Assembly (NCBI RefSeq): GCF_050920415.1
Contig: NZ_CP169309.1
Source: Escherichia coli
GTDB lineage: Bacteria > Pseudomonadota > Gammaproteobacteria > Enterobacterales > Enterobacteriaceae
Reading direction: 5' to 3' (one strand)
Length of the DNA stretch: 64,000 nt
The notes below the pieces were generated by a model. It was given only the letters and a program-made list of their open reading frames with translations. It had not been told where the DNA came from and made no database searches. Each line of letters starts with the position of its first letter. Position 1 is the first letter of the stretch. This document shows, piece by piece, positions 1-17,195 of this stretch. The translations under genes were made by a program, and so were the position numbers.

Positions 1-23
1 AGACAGATTTCTTTAAAATATAA

Positions 24-740
24 TTAGAGATTTGCGACGTTATGATAAACTTTTTGAACATCGTCGTCATCTTCAAGGGCATCAACAAGCCCTTCAAAGA
101 TTTCTAAATCTTCTGGGGAAAGCTCAACTTCAGATTGAGCAATCATTTCTAATTCTGTTGTTGAGAACTCAGTGATTCCAGCTGCTTTTAGAGCCGCGAT
201 TCCTTTATGAAGGTCAGTTGGTTCAGTATAAATAACAATGTTACCTTCTTCTTCGGTCACATCGCGAACATCAACTTCAGCTTCAAGCAAAATTTCAAAA
301 ATATGGTCCGGGTCTGTCCCTTTAAATACAATCACACCCGTATTGTCAAACATATAGCTGACAGAACCTGCCGCTCCGATATTGCCACCTTTTTTATTGA
401 AAATTGTGCGAACGTTAGCAATTGTACGGTTAACATTGGAAGTCAATGTCTCGGCGATAATCATTGAGCCATTTGGACCAAAGCCTTCATAACGTCCCTG
501 CACGAACGTTTCATCTCCGCCGCCTTTGGCTTTATCAATTGCTTTATCAATAACGTGCTTTGGAACTTGTGCCTGCTTCGCACGTTCAATAACGAATTTT
601 AAAGATGTGTTTAATTCTGGATCGGGTTCACCTTGTTTGGCAGCAGCATAGATTTCTACACCGAATTTTGCATAAATTTTAGACGTTGCACCGTCTTTAG
701 CCGTTTTTTTAGCAACAATATTGGCCCATTTACGTCCCAC
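24..740 (-). CDS. yeeN: YebC/PmpR-family transcriptional regulator YeeN
   Basis: 238-aa ORF ([17 protein letters not shown]...) recognised as E. coli YeeN. It is AT-rich and adjacent to amn as in K-12. Confidence 0.9.
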
Positions 741-994
741 TGGAATGATCTCCTCGAAAATTTATTTACATTACTGGTAAATCGTTAACATGCGTTAATT
801 CGACATATTATATCATAACAGGAAAAATCTCGTCTATTAGAAATAAAAATATTCTAAATCCATAATCTTATATTTAATCTCATAAAAACTAATGTTGTTG
901 GCGGATTTTTTTATAATTGTGTTTTGAAAGCATACTTGCTTTTAATATATGGAAATCATTAAGGCTATAATAAAACTTGTATCCGCCCCAGGAA

Positions 995-1026
995 GCAAAC
1001 AGCCTGCTTTATTGCAGGCTATTTGC
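995..1026. terminator. Stem-loop between convergent ends of the yeeN upstream region and amn
   Basis: GCAAACAGCCTGC-TTTATT-GCAGGCTATTTGC inverted repeat about 55 nt downstream of the amn stop. No clear U-run. Confidence 0.3.
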
Positions 1027-1081
1027 TGGATGACTTACTAAATCCTTCACATCTATTCCTGATAAAAAGGAACAGAACTTA

Positions 1082-2536
1082 TTACCGGAACGGCGGTTCA
1101 TTAAAGGTTCGTAATTTACGTGAATGCAGTCGGTCGCCTTCTGCGCGCAGCAAATCGATCGCACGAATGCCAATTTGCAGGTGTTCGGAAATAGCGCCTT
1201 CATAAAAACGGTTAGCCTGACCGGGAAGTTTAATCTCACCATGCAACGGTTTATCTGAAACACACAGTAGTGTCCCGTATGGCACGCGGAAACGATATCC
1301 TTGCGCGGCAATAGTTGCACTTTCCATATCAATTGCTACGGCCCGGCTTAAGTTAAAACGAAGTGCAGAAGCTGAGTAACGTAATTCCCAGTTCCTGTCA
1401 TCTGTGGTTACCACAGTGCCAGTACGTAGCCGCTGTTTAACTTCCTCTCCGGGCCTGCCGCTGACTAACTTGGTAGCGTCATAAAGCGCACGTTGCACTT
1501 CAGCAATGCTCGGAATAGGAATATCGGGCGGCAGTACCGCATCAAGAACGTGGTCATCGCGTAAATAAGCGTGTGCAAGTACATAATCTCCAATGGCCTG
1601 GCTTTCACGTAAGCCACCACAGTGACCAATCATCAACCAGACATCCGGGCGCAGCACCGCCAGATGATCGCAGATGGTTTTAGCATTTGACGGTCCCACG
1701 CCAATATTCACCAGAGTAATACCCTGACCATCGGCGGTAATTAAATGCCATGCTGGCATCTGGTGTTTTTTCCATGCAAGGTCGGAAATGGCTTCTTCTG
1801 GCGCTTCGGTTTCGGCGGTGATCCAGTTCCCGCCAGCACAAGAAAGGGCAATGTAGGGACTATCAGGGTCGAGGATCTGGCTGCATCCCCAACGAACGAA
1901 TTCATCCACATAACGTGTGTAGTTGGTAAACAAGACGAACGGCTGAAAATGTTCAACTGGCGTACCGGTATAATGGCGCAACCGCGCGAGGGAGAAATCG
2001 ACGCGGCGCGCATCAAAATGCGATAGCGGGGAGAATTCAGTTGGATGATAAATGCCGTCTGCAGTTTCATCGCCAATTTGCGCCAGTTCTGTTGTCGGGA
2101 AGTAGCGAGTTAACCCAGCGCTCATTGAGCGATCAAGTGTCAATTCAGAGCCATCGATGACATAAGGATAAGGGATTTCATGCTGCGAGGGTTGCACCGA
2201 GATATGCGCACCATAATCCTGATACAGCAACGTAAGTTGTTCATTCAGATACGAACGAAAGAGAGTAGGGCGAGTAATCGTGGTGGTGTAGCTGCCTGCG
2301 TGAGTAAAACGACCAAATGCGCGCGTTTTGGGGGGATTTGTTGTGCTACCGTCCCAGGTTACGGTCAGTGATGGATAGACAAAAAGACCTTCTTTACGGG
2401 CATTTTCATCAGGTAATTCGCCACTTTTAATATAGTTGCCAATGGCATTGCGTAAAGCGACTACAGATTGCTCATACAGCGCGTCGAGTTTTTCCAGTGC
2501 CTGAGCTGGGGTCAGACCGGAGCCCTTATTATTCAT
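1082..2536 (-). CDS. amn: AMP nucleosidase
   Basis: Start taken at MNNKGSGLTPAQALEKLDALYEQS (internal Met of the 536-aa ORF), giving 484 aa. Full-length match to remembered E. coli Amn. Confidence 0.93.
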   Translation of the reverse strand: MNNKGSGLTPAQALEKLDALYEQSVVALRNAIGNYIKSGELPDENARKEGLFVYPSLTVTWDGSTTNPPKTRAFGRFTHAGSYTTTITRPTLFRSYLNEQLTLLYQDYGAHISVQPSQHEIPYPYVIDGSELTLDRSMSAGLTRYFPTTELAQIGDETADGIYHPTEFSPLSHFDARRVDFSLARLRHYTGTPVEHFQPFVLFTNYTRYVDEFVRWGCSQILDPDSPYIALSCAGGNWITAETEAPEEAISDLAWKKHQMPAWHLITADGQGITLVNIGVGPSNAKTICDHLAVLRPDVWLMIGHCGGLRESQAIGDYVLAHAYLRDDHVLDAVLPPDIPIPSIAEVQRALYDATKLVSGRPGEEVKQRLRTGTVVTTDDRNWELRYSASALRFNLSRAVAIDMESATIAAQGYRFRVPYGTLLCVSDKPLHGEIKLPGQANRFYEGAISEHLQIGIRAIDLLRAEGDRLHSRKLRTFNEPPFR

Positions 2537-2637
2537 GTGTGTCTCCTGTTCCATACAATTACCGCACTTCCGATAGTATGTCACAGGAATGTGAAACAAA
2601 AGTGTAAGGCGAAGATCGGATGATCTTCGCCTGACTA

Positions 2638-3954
2638 TCAAGCGTGTTGATTGTCTTTCATCAACAAAGCGGTCATTGCGGAAATCAGGCATCCAGCCAG
2701 TAAATAAATGGCGACGCTATGCCAGTTCCCGGCAAAGTAAGTGATAAGTGCAGCGGCAATGAAAGGTGTAAATCCACCGCCAACCACACTGGCAACCTGA
2801 TATCCGACTCCAGCGCCACTATAGCGATAACTGGCACCAAACATTTCGGTAAACATCGGTTGTTGCACGCACACCACCATGTCATGCGCAATGTTTGCCA
2901 GCATTATGGAGAAGAAAACTATCCAGAAAATAGATTGTGCTTCAAGCGCCATAAAGAAAGGAAATGCGCTCAACGTTCCGATTAACGCACCTGTGATATA
3001 AACTCTGCGGCGACCAAAACGATCGGCAAGCCAGGCAAAACAGGGAATTGTCAGACAGCTTAGTCCACCTACCAGCAAACCGATATTAAGGAAAAGTTCG
3101 CGCGGTAACCCCATATTTTGGGTTGAATAGTTAAGCGCAAAGGCGGTAACGATGTACATCGTCAGCAACTCGCACAGTCGTAGCGCAATAATCTTCAGAA
3201 AAGCACCGGGATGTCGTAACAGTGCTTCGATAACCGGGATGCGTTTTTGCGCTGCCGCTTGATTATGTTGCTGTTGTTCAAATTCCGCGGACTCCTCCAT
3301 GCCATTACGCACCCACAATGCTCCCAGCACCAGTACGATGCTAAACAGGAAAGGAATACGCCAGCCCCAGCTTAGAAACTGTTCGTCAGTCGTCATCATA
3401 CTGATCAGTGAAACCAGTCCGGTCGAAAGCAGTAAACCTACTCCGTAGCCAACTTGTACACCGCTACTGTAAAAGGCTTTTTTATTTTTCGGTGCACTTT
3501 CAACGGAAAGTAACGCCGCGCCTCCCCATTCGCCGCCGACGGCAAATCCCTGAATGGCACGCAGTGTCACCAGTAAAATGGGGGCCCACCAACCTATGGT
3601 CGAGAAGGAAGGAAGAATGCCAATCAAGGCTGTCGCGATGCCCATCATCCAGACGGTCAGCATTAACATGCGCTTACGTCCCAGTCGGTCGCCAAAGTGA
3701 CCGAAAATGACACCGCCGAGCGGACGGAACAGGAATCCGACACCAAAGGTGGCAAATGCGGCGAGCGTTCCCATAGCCGGGCTTACTTGCGGGAAAAACT
3801 CGCGATTAAACACCAGTGCGGCGGTAATGCCATAGAGTAAAAAATCATACCAGTCGACGACGGCACCAGCGAAACTGCCTAACGCAGCTCGTCGGGCGCG
3901 ACTTAACGAAAGCGTCCCTTCATCGGGACGAGTGGAGATGAGCGTGGAGTCCAT
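2638..3954 (-). CDS. shiA: Shikimate/H+ MFS transporter
   Basis: 438-aa 12-TM MFS ORF in the K-12 shiA position between amn and yeeL. Confidence 0.88.
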   Translation of the reverse strand: MDSTLISTRPDEGTLSLSRARRAALGSFAGAVVDWYDFLLYGITAALVFNREFFPQVSPAMGTLAAFATFGVGFLFRPLGGVIFGHFGDRLGRKRMLMLTVWMMGIATALIGILPSFSTIGWWAPILLVTLRAIQGFAVGGEWGGAALLSVESAPKNKKAFYSSGVQVGYGVGLLLSTGLVSLISMMTTDEQFLSWGWRIPFLFSIVLVLGALWVRNGMEESAEFEQQQHNQAAAQKRIPVIEALLRHPGAFLKIIALRLCELLTMYIVTAFALNYSTQNMGLPRELFLNIGLLVGGLSCLTIPCFAWLADRFGRRRVYITGALIGTLSAFPFFMALEAQSIFWIVFFSIMLANIAHDMVVCVQQPMFTEMFGASYRYSGAGVGYQVASVVGGGFTPFIAAALITYFAGNWHSVAIYLLAGCLISAMTALLMKDNQHA

Positions 3955-4259
3955 AATGATCCTGTTTGTACTGTCTTTTTATAATTAGTATGGAAAAGGT
4001 AACTCACATTGCCGTCGATCTATAAACGAACCTTATGAGACTACCTCGACAGAGCGCATCTGCAAATGATTTTATGGCTGATTAACGGCAACATGAAAAA
4101 TTCGATGGAAGATGAAATCGCAGGAGTTGCATAAGGATTGAGCAGAGCACCTACAGTTTTGAGATATGAAACATAAAAGTCCGCATATGCACAAAATTGC
4201 ACCCTGATGATTCTGATAGACTGCATTGCATTTTAACCAGTAGGGAGGCGAGGTTAGGT

Positions 4260-5330
4260 ATGTTTTTAGCATCATTGTTGAGACGTATTGCATTTAGTTA
4301 CTACGATTATAAAGCTAATAATTTCAATATTGAAAAAACAGAGTTTGTTGTCATCCATATTCCCGATCAGATTGGCGATGCTATGGCTATCTTTCCAGTG
4401 ATTCGGGCGCTTGAATTGCATAAAATCAAGCATCTTTTAATTGTTACTTCGACAATTAATTTAGAAGTCTTTAATGCGCTCAAACTTGAACATACTAAAT
4501 TAACATTAGTCACAATGACTATGCAGGATCACGCAACATTAAAAGAAATAAAAGATTTAGCGAAGAACATAACACAGCGATACGGTACGCCGGATCTTTG
4601 TATAGAGGCGATGCGTAAAAAGAACCTGAAAACGATGTTATTTATCAGTCAGTTGAAAGCAAAAACGAATTTTCAGGTTGTCGGTTTAACCATGAAGTGC
4701 TATTCCCCTTTGTGTAAGAACGCCTCCCGGATGGATCAACATCTCCGGGCTCCCGTACCCATGACATGGGCGTTTATGATGCGTGAAGCGGGTTTTCCTG
4801 CAGTCAGGCCAATATATGAATTACCATTAAGCGAGCAGGTAATAAATGAAGTACGTGAGGAATTGTGCACTTTAGGATCTTACATTGCGCTTAATTTAGA
4901 TGGCAGCGTGCAGGAACGCACATTTTCGTTATCAGTAGCTGAGAAACTCATCGCCAAAATTCAAAGTGATAATGATATGCCAATAGTCATTGTTCATGGA
5001 CCAAAAGGGGAAGATAAAGCCCGGAAATTAGCGGGTTGTTATAATAATGTCTACCGGCTATCCTTATCACCCTCGATTAAACGTTCAGCAGCAATCATAA
5101 AAGATGCTTATATCGCAATAACCCCTGATACCTCAATATTACATATGGCAAGTGCCTATAATACCCCCGTCGTTGCAATTTATGCTGATTACAAAACGCG
5201 GTGGCCTGCGATGGCAGATATCTCGGAGTCAGTGGTCGTTGGGCAAAAAATTGATCATATAAGTTTGGATGAATTCGGAAAGGCGCTAAAAAGTGCTTTG
5301 GAGAGAGTATGTGTCAGTACTTACGTATAG
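4260..5330 (+). CDS. yeeL: Glycosyltransferase family 9 (heptosyltransferase-like) protein, apparently intact
   Basis: Start chosen at MFLASLLRR, preceded by GGGAGG. The C-terminal ITPDTSILHMASAYNTPVVAIY motif is typical of GT9. This is the K-12 yeeL position, where the gene is a pseudogene. Confidence 0.75.
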   Translation: MFLASLLRRIAFSYYDYKANNFNIEKTEFVVIHIPDQIGDAMAIFPVIRALELHKIKHLLIVTSTINLEVFNALKLEHTKLTLVTMTMQDHATLKEIKDLAKNITQRYGTPDLCIEAMRKKNLKTMLFISQLKAKTNFQVVGLTMKCYSPLCKNASRMDQHLRAPVPMTWAFMMREAGFPAVRPIYELPLSEQVINEVREELCTLGSYIALNLDGSVQERTFSLSVAEKLIAKIQSDNDMPIVIVHGPKGEDKARKLAGCYNNVYRLSLSPSIKRSAAIIKDAYIAITPDTSILHMASAYNTPVVAIYADYKTRWPAMADISESVVVGQKIDHISLDEFGKALKSALERVCVSTYV

Positions 5331-5706
5331 AGGGTAATGCCGATCTATGCTGAACAGGGGACATTAATACCCTGAGGTTGGTCAATCACCACAAAAAAAG
5401 CCTTTGAATCAAAGCAATACTCACCGAATAATAAGGCAACCTGAACTTAAATCCCCGTTAACTGCCATACATTATTATGACTTGCACTGATGTAATTAGC
5501 TAAACATTATCGTGATTTGACTAAATAGCAAAAATGATAGCTATTAAAAATAGCTCATATACTTTGTTTCCCGCTGCCGTAGAATAGATGGTCCTTCCAT
5601 GTTCAAGCATTTATTCAAAAAAAGGGGGCTCGACTGTCTTCAGATAAACAGAGAGGGATTGTAAAGTCGAGTGCCCCTAATGGAGCACTCTATAAAAAAT
5701 CAACAA

Positions 5707-13695
<7,989 letters not shown>

Positions 13696-14108
13696 GCTTA
13701 CCTTCCCTGAACGAGCTAACATAAATGCGCCCTTTCTAGCACAGCGAAAAAATATAAATCCTGATAGCAATATGATTGAAAATTAATAACTTTTCGTTAA
13801 GCAGTTTTGGGTGTGAGTTGCAAGAGGGGAGACTACTGAATAACTCAGTTTAATAATTGAGGGGGCAATGGTGACGAATATAGGGACGGAGTAGAGAAGA
13901 TAGTGCTGAACTCTTTGCCAGCAGAAGGTTATGTGGCACAAAAATAACCGTAACTTCTCACTCTCGACAGGAAAGCTGTAGACGGCGTCCATAACAAAAC
14001 GCCCCCAACCATAAGGTCGAGGGCGCTTAAGATGACAAACCCGCTCTTCGTTAAAGAATCAATGCTTAATGTAGATGAGTTGCATTGCACGATAAAAGCG
14101 AATTTTTA

Positions 14109-14129
14109 GAATTTGGCTCCTCTGACTGG
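14109..14129. repeat. Distal att-like direct repeat (partial tRNA-Asn 3' end)
   Basis: Identical 21-mer to 22382-22402. 16 nt correspond to the asnT 3' end. Confidence 0.85.
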
Positions 14130-14462
14130 GATCGCCGTAGCCATTAACAGGCTGATTGGTAAAGCTAAAAAAATTTGAGTTTGTCAAGACCACCAGAATG
14201 ACCACCATTTTAAAGTAACATTTGAAGTTTACTCAGTAGCACCTTTAGCTTCACTTACAATCAATTAACCTGTGAAGATAGCTGTACCTACAATCGCAAT
14301 AACTTATTACAGATCCGACGACAAACATCACCTGTTATCCACTCTGGCACTACCGTGCATGATAATCAATAAGTCGGGTGCTGGCTTGCAAGGCAATTGC
14401 GTTGTAATGTACCAAATCCCAGTTCGCCTTCACTCTAAAATGCCCCGACGTTTCGAACGCGT

Positions 14463-15341
14463 TTACGGTAAATAATGCGTGACAATCTGCAGGAACTCAT
14501 CCCGCATCTGGTTGTCGATTTTCGGATTCCATGCCACACCAATGTTCCATATGATCTGCTTTCCCCACAGAGTAATCAGCTTGACTCCTACAGGTAAAAA
14601 ATTCTCGACGCTGGCGGGTAGCAGCGCGAGACCATTCCCTCCGGCTATCAATGCTAGCAGGGAATGAATATCATTCGTCGCAGAGATTGGCTCAATGATG
14701 AGTTCATTATCCCGCAGGAACGCAGTCGTTTGCTCCGCCAGACAAGGGCTGACCGCTGGATCCATGCATAAAATCGGATAGATTGCCAGCGTACGCTGGA
14801 GATCGGTGGGATCAATATCGACGGCTACCGGGACAGCCAACACCAGATTTTCTTTATTTATTAAGCGAGAGGCCAATAATTCTGTTACCGGCATACGAAC
14901 AAAACCAGCATGCAGTTCACCTTCCATCAACATCCTAGCTTGTACGCTGGAGGCAATTTGGCTGATAACAACGTCGCAGTCGGGAAATTTCTGGCGAAAA
15001 GTGTTAATCCAAACTGGTGTGCTTTTAAACGAAGATATACCAAATCCGAGCACCAGTTTACCCGTACTCCCCTTTTGGATTTCTCTGGCGTAGGTTAAAA
15101 AATCGTGGTGGGATTTCAGCAACTCATAAGCTTTAGCAAACAACTGCCTGCCAACCATCGTCAACACTGCCCCGTGGCGACCACGCAGGAAAAGCTGCCC
15201 TCCGGTCTTCTGTTCGAGCATCTTGATCTGCTTTGAAAGCGCAGGTTGTGTCAGAAATAAAGCTTCTGCAGCTTTATTGTAGTTTCCCTTTTCCGCCAGT
15301 GTCACAAATGCACGCAGCAGCCTTATATCTATTCCTGACAT
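14463..15341 (-). CDS. LysR-family transcriptional regulator
   Basis: 292 aa with an N-terminal wHTH (LRAFVTLAEKGNYNKAAEALFLTQPALSKQIKMLE) and a LysR substrate-binding fold. Divergent from the downstream operon. Confidence 0.88.
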   Translation of the reverse strand: MSGIDIRLLRAFVTLAEKGNYNKAAEALFLTQPALSKQIKMLEQKTGGQLFLRGRHGAVLTMVGRQLFAKAYELLKSHHDFLTYAREIQKGSTGKLVLGFGISSFKSTPVWINTFRQKFPDCDVVISQIASSVQARMLMEGELHAGFVRMPVTELLASRLINKENLVLAVPVAVDIDPTDLQRTLAIYPILCMDPAVSPCLAEQTTAFLRDNELIIEPISATNDIHSLLALIAGGNGLALLPASVENFLPVGVKLITLWGKQIIWNIGVAWNPKIDNQMRDEFLQIVTHYLP

Positions 15342-15396
15342 TTATTGAATCCTGAAAAATTGGAATTATACAAATACTCGCAACAGATGACATGAT

Positions 15397-15414
15397 GCGT
15401 AAAATGATTTACGC
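15397..15414. promoter_or_regulatory. Candidate LysR operator (perfect palindrome)
   Basis: GCGTAAAATGATTTACGC lies in the 226-bp divergent intergenic region between the LysR gene and the operon. Confidence 0.35.
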
Positions 15415-15567
15415 CGAGATCCCCTTGGTTTGTCAAACTCAGAAACGCCATACCTGCTGCTCTTGGTTCTATTTAACACTCACTAATGCGCAGGTTATTT
15501 ATAAAAATTGACCTCATAAATCATTCAAAAACATTAATTATATAAATACAATAAGGATTAAATATTT

Positions 15568-16167
15568 ATGCCAAATATTGCCGTTCTCACTAATGACCTG
15601 CAGTATGAGTTTACCTACAAAATAACACGCTCTCCAGAAATTCTGGCGCAAAAACTCGTCCAGTTTAATCAGTTTCTCGATGGCATTCGCGCTCTGGATC
15701 AATCCATTATCCACCTGCAACTTATCAACGATCCTAATGACCCGGCGGTACAAAAGCGCTATCGCAACCGCGAAGCGGGCATTCCTGCACTAGCTGGTCG
15801 CCCGGAAAACCAGATTATCGATAAAGTATACCGCCCCACAGATCTGGTTGTAGTCAAGGGCAGAGACAGCGGTTTTTTTAATAACGATCTCGACGAAATC
15901 CTCCAGCAACTCGGGGTAAAAACCGTAATCGTTACCGGGTTGCAAACTCATGTTTGCGTGCAGACCACTGCAGCGGATGCCTTCTTTCGCGGCTATAACG
16001 TCTGGGTACCGGGCGACTGCGTGTTCGCTCCTTCGTCCGAAGATACAGAGCGTGCACTCGAGTGGCTTGCCAGCTATTGCGCAACTGTAGCACCTTCTGC
16101 GGAAATTTTATCAATATTGCAAAAACAGAACGATCTGCCTGAGCGCGGCGAAAGGGAAGCATCATGA
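15568..16167 (+). CDS. Isochorismatase/cysteine-hydrolase superfamily protein
   Basis: 199 aa with D-K-C triad context (LTNDLQYEF; VVVKGRDSGFF; VTGLQTHVCVQTTA). AAGGA RBS upstream. The stop overlaps the next start (ATGA). Confidence 0.8.
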   Translation: MPNIAVLTNDLQYEFTYKITRSPEILAQKLVQFNQFLDGIRALDQSIIHLQLINDPNDPAVQKRYRNREAGIPALAGRPENQIIDKVYRPTDLVVVKGRDSGFFNNDLDEILQQLGVKTVIVTGLQTHVCVQTTAADAFFRGYNVWVPGDCVFAPSSEDTERALEWLASYCATVAPSAEILSILQKQNDLPERGEREAS

Positions 16168-17195
16168 GCTTAACCCAGACGCTAAATCATGAAGAGGTCG
16201 TTGTACTGGATCATGGCACCGGGGCGAAATTAAGCCGCGAGTTGGTTGAAAAAATTGCTAGCATTCTCGGTGACACCTATCTGGGCGTGATGGAAGATAG
16301 CGCGGTGCTGGGGTTATCCACCAGGCGAATTGCCTTCACCACCGACTCCTTTGTTGCCACGCCGCTGATTTTCGGCAACGGTGATATTGGCAAAATCGCC
16401 GTATGCGGCACCGTTAACGATCTCGCTGTCAGTGGGGCTCGTCCCCTTTACATCACACTCAGTCTTATTATTGAGGAAGGTATGCCGATGGCTGATCTGG
16501 TCAGAATCATCGAGTCCGTACGTGAAACGGCTCGTGAGGCAGAGGTCAAGATTGTCGCTGGTGATACCAAGGTCGTAGGTAAAGGTGAAGCAGATCGGCT
16601 GTTTATCAATACTGCTGGCATCGGCGTGTTTGAACATCCGCCAGTCTCAGTTAAGAACGTGCGTCCGGGGCAGAAAATAATCCTGAGCGGATATATCGGC
16701 AATCACTCGATTCACCTGCTGTCGATGCGGGAAGGATTGGGGTTCGAGCGAAATATTCTTAGTGATTGCGCACCGCTGAACCACATTATTGACAAACTTA
16801 TCAGCAACATCCCTGAAGGCAAAATAGCGTCAATGCGAGACGTTACGCGCGGTGGGCTGTCCGCTGTTTTACACGAACATGCGCGCGCAACAAATTATCA
16901 GATTCATTTCGACCAGCCATCTTTGCCCATACAGCCGGAAACCGCCATGGCAGCTAATATGCTGGGTGTTGACGTCATTAATCTCGCTAATGAAGGTTGT
17001 TTGTGCCTGTTTGTTGAACCTGAGTATGCTCAGAAGGTACTACATTTGCTGCAGGAGCATCCTGTCGGCAAGCACGCGACAATTATCGGCGAGATCACCG
17101 CTGTCTCGGGTACTGAAGTCTATATGATTGAAGCTGATGGAACACACACAGAAGTCGAGGAATTATATGGCGCAGAATTACCCAGACTCTGTTGA
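16164..17195 (+). CDS. HypE-like (AIR-synthase-related, PurM fold) protein with C-terminal Cys
   Basis: 343 aa, colinear with E. coli HypE (FTTDSFV, GDIGKIAVCGTVNDLAVSGA, GDTKVV, FINTAG, RDVTRGG, NLANEG). It ends ...AELPRLC, compared with HypE ...PRIC. Confidence 0.85.
   Translation: MSLTQTLNHEEVVVLDHGTGAKLSRELVEKIASILGDTYLGVMEDSAVLGLSTRRIAFTTDSFVATPLIFGNGDIGKIAVCGTVNDLAVSGARPLYITLSLIIEEGMPMADLVRIIESVRETAREAEVKIVAGDTKVVGKGEADRLFINTAGIGVFEHPPVSVKNVRPGQKIILSGYIGNHSIHLLSMREGLGFERNILSDCAPLNHIIDKLISNIPEGKIASMRDVTRGGLSAVLHEHARATNYQIHFDQPSLPIQPETAMAANMLGVDVINLANEGCLCLFVEPEYAQKVLHLLQEHPVGKHATIIGEITAVSGTEVYMIEADGTHTEVEELYGAELPRLC

Noticed and set aside
1-1080. The abrupt switch from AT-rich, Gram-positive-like sequence to typical E. 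coli sequence near 1 kb looked like a chimeric assembly or engineered junction.
   Set aside because: The yeeN-amn adjacency and the YeeN protein sequence are what I remember for native E. coli K-12. The composition shift is an old feature of the locus.
17128-17166. ORF-track start of the HypF-like gene at 17128 (MKLMEHTQKSRNY...).
   Set aside because: That start would add a 68-nt overlap with the hypE-like gene. The acylphosphatase domain begins shortly after the ATG at 17167, so I used 17167. The choice remains unverified.
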